From assembly GCA_004284765.1 (NCBI GenBank), contig NQJD01000023.1, positions 1 through 32,000 on the forward strand: a stretch of DNA of 32,000 bases, in the 5' to 3' direction. The translations under genes were made by a program, and so were the position numbers. Positions within the stretch are counted from its first letter, which is position 1. Every line of letters begins with the position of its first letter. The notes beneath the pieces were generated by a model. That model saw only the letters and a program-made list of their open reading frames with translations, ran no database searches and was not told where the DNA came from. Positions 16,766 through 23,764 of the stretch are shown piece after piece. The stretch is from Candidatus Electronema aureum (GTDB lineage Bacteria > Desulfobacterota > Desulfobulbia > Desulfobulbales > Desulfobulbaceae).

Positions 16766-18025
16766 ATGAACCGCCGCACCTTTCTTCAGCAGAGCGGAAA
16801 GCTCGGAGCTGCCGCCTTAGCTGCAACCGCGTTTCCTCGGCTTGTCAAAGCCAAATCTAAGCCAACCATCAAAGTGGTAGGTACTCACGTTACGCTGCTG
16901 GAACCTATTCGCCAGCAGGCCGAGCATGATTTGGGCATCAATATTGAGTTTTATCCCGGTGGCGATGCGGAAGTGCTACTCAAGGCAGCCACTGATCCCA
17001 CCTCTTTTGATCTCTACGAACAGTGGTCGAACAGCATCAAGGTGCTGTGGCAGGCCAAAACCATTCAGTCGATTGACACCAGCAGGCTCACCTATTGGCA
17101 TGAAATCAACAGCCTGAGCAAGACAGGACGCATCTCTGACAAGGCCAAGTTAGGTTTGGGTGACGCGCCCTGCAATCTGCTTTTTATTCAGCCAGATGGT
17201 TCGTTCAGCTGCGTACCTACTGAACACATCAGTTTTTTGCCCTATGTGCATAATGTTGATTCATTTGGCTACAATGCCAGCGTTATTCCTCAAGGCATTC
17301 CCTACGAGACCGAAAGCTGGGGTTGGCTGCTTGATGAACGCTGGCACGGCAAGGTCGCGATAATTAATTCACCGGAAATCGGTTTGTTTGATTTAGCGTT
17401 GGCAGTACGAGCTAAGGGCTTGATGGACTTTAAGAACATGGGCAACATGAGCCGAGAAGAGGTTGACAAGCTCTTTGATATTCTCATTGCCCACAAGCGG
17501 GACGGCCATTTTCGAGGCGTATGGACTTCAGTACCGCATTCCGTTGAGCTGATGGCCTCTGGTGAGGTAGTGCTTGAGAGTATGTTCTCGCCCGGAGTCA
17601 GTGCGCTGAACGGTATGGGTATTCCCTGCATTTATGCCGCCCCAAAAGAAGGCTACCGCGCTTGGCATGGGGTGATGTGCCTTTCTCGTGCCTGCACCGG
17701 CGAGCGACAGGAGGCAGCCTATGCCTTTATGAATTGGTGGCTGTCAGGTTGGCCCGGTGCCTTTATCGCCCGACAAGGCTATTACATTTCCAATCCCCAG
17801 CGTTCCAGACCCTTTATGTCACAGGCAGAGTGGGAATATTGGTATGAAGGCAAGCCTGCCACCGAGCCGCTGCAAGGTACTGATGGCAAAATCTCTGTGC
17901 GGCCCGGCGAGGTTCGCACTGGTGGTTCGTACATCAAACGCTTTGAGAACATTGCAATTTGGAACACAGTCATGGATACCTATGAATACACCATGACCAA
18001 GTGGAACGAGTTTGTCTTAGCCTAA
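16766..18025 (+). CDS. Tat-exported periplasmic solute-binding protein (PotD/PBP2-like), no cognate ABC permease or ATPase nearby
   Basis: MNRRTFLQQSGKLGAAALAATAFPRLVKA is a twin-arginine signal. The mature part of about 390 aa has polyamine-type SBP features (aromatic-rich W/Y pockets). I chose ATG 16766 over the TTG at 16718. Confidence 0.7.
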   Translation: MNRRTFLQQSGKLGAAALAATAFPRLVKAKSKPTIKVVGTHVTLLEPIRQQAEHDLGINIEFYPGGDAEVLLKAATDPTSFDLYEQWSNSIKVLWQAKTIQSIDTSRLTYWHEINSLSKTGRISDKAKLGLGDAPCNLLFIQPDGSFSCVPTEHISFLPYVHNVDSFGYNASVIPQGIPYETESWGWLLDERWHGKVAIINSPEIGLFDLALAVRAKGLMDFKNMGNMSREEVDKLFDILIAHKRDGHFRGVWTSVPHSVELMASGEVVLESMFSPGVSALNGMGIPCIYAAPKEGYRAWHGVMCLSRACTGERQEAAYAFMNWWLSGWPGAFIARQGYYISNPQRSRPFMSQAEWEYWYEGKPATEPLQGTDGKISVRPGEVRTGGSYIKRFENIAIWNTVMDTYEYTMTKWNEFVLA

Positions 18026-18036
18026 GGAGGGCAGTG

Positions 18037-19833
18037 ATGACCAATTTTCTCCTGCGTGCTATTGGCCTGAAGAAACGCATTGTGTTTGGCTACGTTATCA
18101 CCGGCGCAATGGCCTTCATGATTGCGCTGCTCTCCTACGGAGCTTTCACCAGACTTTCTGCGGATTTCAGAAAAATTGTTCTTTTCAGTCGCCGCTCTGC
18201 TGATAACATGGTTTTTGCTGCTCAGATGGCCGAGATGCAGCGGCAGGCCCTCATTTATATCTATGAAGGCCACAGTTCGTCAGGTTCGCAGGTTGGTGTA
18301 ATCTATCAGAAGATGATGCAAAACATCGGCGGCAGCGAAGCCATAGAGCAGCTCGGTGCTAAGGCCGTGGTGACTTTAGCCAAGAAGCATCTGGAAGCCT
18401 ATTATGAGGCATTTCAAGAGGTACGGCGGCAGCGGCAGCTCCAAGCTCGCTTAGTGAAAAGTGAATTTCGCGTTCATGCCACCAGAGGGCAGCAGTTGAT
18501 TGAAGAGCTGATTCGAGAAGAAGGAGAAACTCGCTTGCTCGAATGCACAAAGATGCTCAACGCTCTCTTACAAATTGAAAAAAATGCCTACCGCTATCTT
18601 GATTCCTTTGACGGTGATTTCATCAAAGCTGCTTTGTTTAATATTCAAGAAACGCGTTCTTTGATTGGACATTTCCAACAGAACCATCAAACGATAGAAC
18701 TTAATAACGTACTGAATAGCTACGAAAGCAGCTTTTTAGAAGCCGTGCAGCGCACTCGTGGCTATCTTTACCTCACCAGCGTAGTCATGGCAGCCCAAGC
18801 CTACGAGACGATGTATCAATCGAAAAAACTCTCTGCGTTGATGATCAGTGAATCAGAGCGCATCCAGCAGCAATTGTTTCAGCACGTCAGTTCTCGCTTG
18901 AGGCTTTTGCTCTTCTGGACCGTTTTTCTCCTCCTCTTTATTGCCCTGTTTTCTTACGTCATCACCAAAAGCATTACTATCCCGCTTAAACGGTTGACCA
19001 AAACCTTCAAGCTGCTGGCTTCTGGCTCGGCAGACGCAGAAATTCCATCGTACCCACTTCAAGATGAATTAGGTGATCTCACCAATGCAGCTGCCAGCTT
19101 TAAAGAGAAAAACATTGCCCTGCGAACCAGTAAGCAGGAGTTAGAGCGGTCGAATGACGAATTAGAGCAATTTGTCTATACTGTCTCGCATGATCTGAAA
19201 TCACCGATTGTTACCAGTATGGGTTTCATCGGCATCATCCGCAAATTAGCCAGCCAAGGAAAAGCAGAACAGGCGATGGGAATGCTGGATAAAGTGGTTA
19301 AGGCCAATGAGCGGATGAGTCAGCTGATCAATGACTTACTGGAACTGAGCCGAGTAGGGCGGATCGACATGGACAAGAAGCAGATCGATCTGAACCAGCT
19401 CCTTGGTGATTTTGCCCACAACCAATCGGAACGATTGAAGGCAGCTAAGTTCACCCTGACGGTAGAGCAAGACTTGCCCGTCATTTATGCCAATGAAAGC
19501 CGCACGCTTCAGGTCTTTGAGAATATTCTTTCCAACGGCTTGAAATACGTGCGCAACGAGAAGGAAGGTGGCCGTTTGCGGATCAGCTCGTTTGAAGATA
19601 AGCAGTGGCACCATATTCGCTGCACTGACAATGGGCTAGGCATCCCAGAAGAATACCGAGAGAAAATCTTTGGGCTTTTTTACCGCCTTGATGTAAATAT
19701 AGAAGGTACCGGCATTGGCTTGGCCGTAGCAAAGAAGATTATGAAATTCCACAACGGCGATATCCGGGCAGAAGCAGGGCCGAATGGCGGAGCCGTGTTT
19801 CATCTTACCTTTCCCAAAATGATGGATTTGTAA
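18037..19833 (+). CDS. Membrane sensor histidine kinase (helical periplasmic sensor - TM - HAMP - HisKA - HATPase_c)
   Basis: Two TM segments flank a helical domain of about 280 aa. HAMP region (ITIPLKRLTKTFKLLASG...ELGDLTNAAASF), H-box FVYTVSHDLKSPI, N-box NILSNGLKY, G1 DNGLGI and G2 GTGIGLAV. AGGAGG lies 8 nt before ATG 18037. Confidence 0.85.
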   Translation: MTNFLLRAIGLKKRIVFGYVITGAMAFMIALLSYGAFTRLSADFRKIVLFSRRSADNMVFAAQMAEMQRQALIYIYEGHSSSGSQVGVIYQKMMQNIGGSEAIEQLGAKAVVTLAKKHLEAYYEAFQEVRRQRQLQARLVKSEFRVHATRGQQLIEELIREEGETRLLECTKMLNALLQIEKNAYRYLDSFDGDFIKAALFNIQETRSLIGHFQQNHQTIELNNVLNSYESSFLEAVQRTRGYLYLTSVVMAAQAYETMYQSKKLSALMISESERIQQQLFQHVSSRLRLLLFWTVFLLLFIALFSYVITKSITIPLKRLTKTFKLLASGSADAEIPSYPLQDELGDLTNAAASFKEKNIALRTSKQELERSNDELEQFVYTVSHDLKSPIVTSMGFIGIIRKLASQGKAEQAMGMLDKVVKANERMSQLINDLLELSRVGRIDMDKKQIDLNQLLGDFAHNQSERLKAAKFTLTVEQDLPVIYANESRTLQVFENILSNGLKYVRNEKEGGRLRISSFEDKQWHHIRCTDNGLGIPEEYREKIFGLFYRLDVNIEGTGIGLAVAKKIMKFHNGDIRAEAGPNGGAVFHLTFPKMMDL

Positions 19834-19863
19834 GGGCGACCCCCTGTGGTCGCCCTTCGTTTG
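19834..19863 (+). terminator. Rho-independent terminator between the kinase gene and the convergent telA-like gene
   Basis: GGGCGACC-ccctgt-GGTCGCCC (perfect 8-bp stem) starts 1 nt after the TAA and is followed by TTCGTTTG. Confidence 0.7.
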
Positions 19864-19881
19864 CAGAGCCAGGCCGATATA

Positions 19882-21033
19882 TCACCTCAGCACTGCCGCG
19901 CTGGCTGCCTTCAACGCCGCTTTCAGCTTCTCTTCAGCCTCAGCCAGTTTCTCTAACCCTTCGGCCCGTTTCTGTCGATTTTCGACATCCATCTTGATAC
20001 CTTGGTCAATAGTTTGCAGGAGCTTGTCCGTCATCAGCTGCAAGGTCTCGACTTTGACAAAGCCCTCGCCCTGCGCCTTCTTCACTGCCGCTTGGGTCTC
20101 ACCCAGCATCTCGGCGGTGGACATCATCATATTGTTGGTCATCTCTCGTGTCTCATTGACCATTGCCATCGCCCGCTTTTGATCAAACAGGGAAATAGCA
20201 ATGACCAGCTGCTTCTTCCATTCTGGTATCATCATCAGGATTGAATCTTGAATTATCTCTACAATCGCTTTGGAGCCTTCTTGGGCAATTCTGATCGTCG
20301 GGCCGGAAGTAACTGCCGAGGCGCGGGCTAACTTCAGGTTGTAGAGGCGCCGGTCAAGCGACTGAATGCAATCGCCGAAGTCTTTCAAATCTTGCAGCTC
20401 CTTGGCATCCACACCATTCTGCGCGGCCAAAGTCTGCCGCTGCTGCTCGAACTGCGTCTCCATCTCAGCCATCTTCAGCTCACCTGCGGCAATCACTACC
20501 TCAAGCTGATCAAAGTATTCGTTGTTGCGGTCATAAAGCGTATCCAAGCGGTTGAGATGGGAAATCTGATTGGTCTTTTCTGCCTCCAGCCGTTTCGTGA
20601 TGGCATCAATCTGCACCTTGAGGGTTTCATAGCGGCGAATAAAGGCGCGTGCCGCATCGACCTTGGCCGCTAACCAACCGCCCACCACCGGCAAGCTACT
20701 AACCACCCTACTCAACGCGCCGCCCGCGCTTTGCGGCAGGCCGCGCACGTCGAGATCAAGGATTTTTCCTTTCAGATCAGACATCAGCTGACCAGTCGGC
20801 CCAGCGTCACCAGAGCGAATGTTGGTCAGCACCGAATCGGTGAAATCAACTAACCCTTTCTGGCTACTCACACCAAAGGCAAGCACGGCCTGTGTCTTGC
20901 TGAAGTCTAACTTGGCGACTAATTCCTGCGCTGCCTTCAGCTTGGCCGGGGACTTCTCCGCTAATTTCATGTACAGCAGGCTGTTCTTCTGCTCTGTCAA
21001 AGCCAGCATCGGCAAATTGTCTGTCATCGTCAT
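19882..21033 (-). CDS. telA: TelA-family (toxic anion resistance / YaaN-like) protein
   Basis: 383 aa and all-helical. The N-terminal region ...LDFSKTQAVLAFGVSSQKGLVDFTDSVLTNIRSGDAGPTGQLMSDLKGKILDLDV matches the conserved TelA N-terminal signature. GGGAGGGA Shine-Dalgarno. Confidence 0.85.
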   Translation of the reverse strand: MTMTDNLPMLALTEQKNSLLYMKLAEKSPAKLKAAQELVAKLDFSKTQAVLAFGVSSQKGLVDFTDSVLTNIRSGDAGPTGQLMSDLKGKILDLDVRGLPQSAGGALSRVVSSLPVVGGWLAAKVDAARAFIRRYETLKVQIDAITKRLEAEKTNQISHLNRLDTLYDRNNEYFDQLEVVIAAGELKMAEMETQFEQQRQTLAAQNGVDAKELQDLKDFGDCIQSLDRRLYNLKLARASAVTSGPTIRIAQEGSKAIVEIIQDSILMMIPEWKKQLVIAISLFDQKRAMAMVNETREMTNNMMMSTAEMLGETQAAVKKAQGEGFVKVETLQLMTDKLLQTIDQGIKMDVENRQKRAEGLEKLAEAEEKLKAALKAASAAVLR

Positions 21034-21057
21034 TCCCTCCCGTCAGCGGGATGCGGG

Positions 21058-22161
21058 TTAAAAGCTGCTGAGTTGCTTGGTGATTTTGTTCATCACTGTC
21101 GCGTTGGGCATGGGTATGACCGCATCGATGCTCTTGGGCAGACCGACTACCTCCAGCACCGAAGGATCATTCTCAACTCCCATCAAGCCGCTGCGGAAGC
21201 CGTGCTGCTCCCAAGCTGACTTCTGAAGTTTTGGTTCTTTGAGCGCAGCCAGCAGCTTCTTCCCTTTGTCGGTCATGGCAATCAGCGGATGGCTGGCCCA
21301 GACCGTCGGCACCGGATAGAGAATGCGCACCTTGGCCTTGAGCAGCTCAAGATGCTCCTTGTGCAGCAGCGAGTATTCTACTAACTGGTTCTCATAGCCA
21401 ACAATCATCGGATACGCCCCAACTCCCTGCTGGAGAAATTTCTCAAAAAGGTCAGACGAAGACTGCTCCATGTAGCCAAGCCGGGCATACAGGTCTTTGA
21501 CTTGGGGCAGCACGTTGTCAACAGTGTCTGTTGCAACCACTTCGCCGTTGTTCAGAGTATTGGCAATCAAGGCAGCAAACATGTTGCCAGAATTGCTCTT
21601 GCTGGGATCGGTGGTGCGGATGATCAAACTGCCGTAAAGCTGGGTCAGGCCGATCTCTTTCCACTGCTTCTTGGTCTTGACCAACTCAAGCAGCTTGGGC
21701 AGGTCAACAATGTAATTAACCCCTTCCTTGTGCTGAACTATCCCGGCCTTGATCAGGGCATCAGTGACGATATCCCAAGAGTACAACACAATGGGCGAGT
21801 TGAAGATGTCTGCCGACTGCTGGAGCCGAGTGCGGGAAGTGGAAGTCTTGAACGACTCCACATTGATCTGGCTGGCTGGCCAGAGAAAATCGTCATCGCT
21901 GGCCGCCTCCTGCACCATCTCCACGCTGCCTGCTTTCTTGACATTCACCTTCAGCCCTTGCTCGGCCAGCAGCTGCGTAACCTTTTCCGATTGGAGAAAG
22001 GCGATCTTCTCCGAACCAGCCCGGCCAGTCACAGTGACCAGCTCGCCTTTGGGTGCGGAGCTACCGCCGCTGATTGAAGAAATCTTGTCCTTGCCGAACA
22101 TGAAGAAGGCCGCAGCCGCAGCCACAGCCAGCAGAATGATCAGCCCTAAGAATTTTTGCAT
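21058..22161 (-). CDS. N-terminally membrane-anchored periplasmic-binding-protein-like (SBP fold) protein
   Basis: A single TM (LGLIILLAVAAAAAFFMF) is followed by a domain that aligns by eye with the N-terminal domain of ORF 23765..25411: GSVEMV/GSVDIS, WPAS, NSPIV/RSPVV, SKSNSGN/TQSNSGT, GYENQ/NYEAM, HGFRSGLMGVENDP/QGRRTGLIGMEADP. GGAGAAGG Shine-Dalgarno. Confidence 0.7.
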   Translation of the reverse strand: MQKFLGLIILLAVAAAAAFFMFGKDKISSISGGSSAPKGELVTVTGRAGSEKIAFLQSEKVTQLLAEQGLKVNVKKAGSVEMVQEAASDDDFLWPASQINVESFKTSTSRTRLQQSADIFNSPIVLYSWDIVTDALIKAGIVQHKEGVNYIVDLPKLLELVKTKKQWKEIGLTQLYGSLIIRTTDPSKSNSGNMFAALIANTLNNGEVVATDTVDNVLPQVKDLYARLGYMEQSSSDLFEKFLQQGVGAYPMIVGYENQLVEYSLLHKEHLELLKAKVRILYPVPTVWASHPLIAMTDKGKKLLAALKEPKLQKSAWEQHGFRSGLMGVENDPSVLEVVGLPKSIDAVIPMPNATVMNKITKQLSSF

Positions 22162-22179
22162 ATCCTTCTCCGTGTGGGT

Positions 22180-22764
22180 TCAGTCAAAGTCGAGCAGATT
22201 ATCAAAGGTTCTGGCATTGGTGCTGAGGTCGATGGCATCGTTTTCTAAGAGTCTATGGTGCATTTCCTCAAACTTGGCTACCGCCTTAGTCACGGCCTTT
22301 TCTGTGGCCTCCAGTGCCCGCGCACTCTGAGGCGAGTGGGTTTTTTGGTTAGCAAGGTCGATGTAACCAACAAGTATCTCGTGGAGCCGTTGCAGGCGGT
22401 CAGGCAAGGCTTGCGCCACCTGCATATCCTGCGGGTCTTTCTCAAAATTGATGAGCAAATCATCGCCCAGCTCGCAAAGATGCAGCACCGTCTTCTTGAA
22501 GGACAGATTATTGACCGCTGCCGCATCCTCGTACACTAAGGACAAGGCCAGCCTGCACTGCGAGAGATACTGCCTGAACTCCTCCTGTGAAACACCGTCC
22601 GGCAGCTCGGCAAGCACCTTGCGGTGTTCCGGCGGGAAAAGCAGGCGGATGCCGACATAACTGCCGATTGCCAGTGCAAGACTCAGCCACCAGAATGCGC
22701 CCTGGAAGAGCAGCAGCAGGAAGATGAAGGCGGCGGCAATGCCGGAGACGAGTTCTTTGATCAT
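22180..22764 (-). CDS. xpaC: XpaC-like two-TM protein (5-bromo-4-chloroindolyl phosphate hydrolysis protein family)
   Basis: Two N-terminal TM helices are followed by a helical cytoplasmic domain of about 140 aa. Its size and architecture, and its pairing with a TelA-family gene, mirror B. subtilis xpaC-yaaN. The family call still needs an HMM check. Confidence 0.55.
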   Translation of the reverse strand: MIKELVSGIAAAFIFLLLLFQGAFWWLSLALAIGSYVGIRLLFPPEHRKVLAELPDGVSQEEFRQYLSQCRLALSLVYEDAAAVNNLSFKKTVLHLCELGDDLLINFEKDPQDMQVAQALPDRLQRLHEILVGYIDLANQKTHSPQSARALEATEKAVTKAVAKFEEMHHRLLENDAIDLSTNARTFDNLLDFD

Positions 22765-23507
22765 TTAGAATATACTGTCCAAGCCCAAGCAGCGAGTGGC
22801 AATATGAGTGTACTCGCTATCCATTGCCAATATTTAACAACAAATAATTTACTTGAATAGATAGGGTTAATCTGAACATATATTTCTTTATCCAGAACCG
22901 GATGATCTTTTTTTTCTTCACCGAATGGCAACCTTATTCGTAAGGTAACATGAAGATGAAGCACCTTTCTCCCTCTATTTAGTGGGACAACGTCCCAAAC
23001 CCACTCTGTAAACCCTTTCTCTCCGAGGATTTGTTCTGCTTCGTTCAATGGGACAATTTGGAAGTCATCTCCGCTGAGACGAACTTTCATTAATTCAGAA
23101 ATTTTCAACTCTTCAATTTGAGGAAATCCGCTCCCTTTCAGGTTACTCCTTAGATTAAGGTACAATTCTCTGGAAATTCTTACTTCTACTCTTTCAGATA
23201 TGCCCAATTTCATCGTATTGGGAGGGTTAAAAAGTATCCTTCCAATTGGCAACTTGCTAAGTTCATTCTGATAAACCTCTCTGTAGCTCGTCTTTTCTCT
23301 ATCTATTGAGATATTACGACGAATCTGATCAAATATAATGCTAAACTCTTCTTGCGTCATGCAGCAACAGCAATATTTTCCTTGGCGGATTGCCCAAAGA
23401 GCAACTCCCGCCACAATCAACATTGCAATACTGCCGATAAGTAACGAAATTGACCAATTGCTGATTATCCATGTGAAAAATATTCTCATAAAATTATTAA
23501 TATCCAT
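22761..23507 (-). CDS. Hypothetical membrane protein: N-terminal TM region, CCCC motif, beta-rich central domain, C-terminal TM
   Basis: 248-aa ORF in an AT-rich stretch. Its stop overlaps the xpaC-like ATG (ATGA at 22761-22764). An alternative start at Met7 (23489) would form another ATGA overlap with the upstream ORF's stop. I recognise no family. Confidence 0.55.
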   Translation of the reverse strand: MDINNFMRIFFTWIISNWSISLLIGSIAMLIVAGVALWAIRQGKYCCCCMTQEEFSIIFDQIRRNISIDREKTSYREVYQNELSKLPIGRILFNPPNTMKLGISERVEVRISRELYLNLRSNLKGSGFPQIEELKISELMKVRLSGDDFQIVPLNEAEQILGEKGFTEWVWDVVPLNRGRKVLHLHVTLRIRLPFGEEKKDHPVLDKEIYVQINPIYSSKLFVVKYWQWIASTLILPLAAWAWTVYSK

Positions 23508-23764
23508 CGATCAATGCCTGCAAGCTGTCCGGGAAGGTTCTGGAGGAGCTTGCGGATGTTCAGCAGCAGATTCGGAACGTCCAAAACGAGATTTAGGATG
23601 TCCGCAGCCTCGTTTTGGACATCCATAGCGAGGTTCAGAACGTTCCTAATGAGCTTTTTGATGTTCAAAATCTCATTAGGGGCCTCCCAAAAGAGGTTCG
23701 GAATGTTCCCGGTCTGCTTCTGAACATCTATGACGAGCTTGTGAACGTTCGCAATGAGCTTCAT
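23486..23764 (-). CDS. 92-aa protein made of 12 tandem heptads [K/N]-L-x-x-[N/D]-[V/I]-x
   Basis: The ATG (23764-23762) directly abuts the TAA of the upstream PBP-vWA gene. The orientation matches the operon. The frame stays open through the twelve 21-nt repeats. The coding status is not proven, because the opposite strand is also open. Confidence 0.5.
   Translation of the reverse strand: MKLIANVHKLVIDVQKQTGNIPNLFWEAPNEILNIKKLIRNVLNLAMDVQNEAADILNLVLDVPNLLLNIRKLLQNLPGQLAGIDRWILIIL
23510..23761. repeat. Twelve imperfect 21-bp tandem repeats (consensus on the minus strand AAS CTC NNN NNG RAC RTY NNN; several units contain the palindrome GAACGTTC)
   Basis: Units were read out one by one from the sequence (23761-23741, 23740-23720, ... 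23530-23510). Confidence 0.85.

Noticed and set aside
21502-22330. Long plus-strand ORFs (191 and 193 aa) antisense to the PBP-like and XpaC-like genes, and similar antisense ORFs at 24500..24922, 11358..11834 and 16395..16727
   Set aside because: These are typical shadow ORFs in GC-rich third-position-biased genes. Their peptides are Arg/Ser/Ala/Leu-rich and low in complexity, and each overlaps a motif-supported gene on the other strand.
23510-23761. CRISPR array
   Set aside because: The repeats are contiguous 21-bp units with no unique spacers and are degenerate in a codon-like pattern. No cas genes are nearby.
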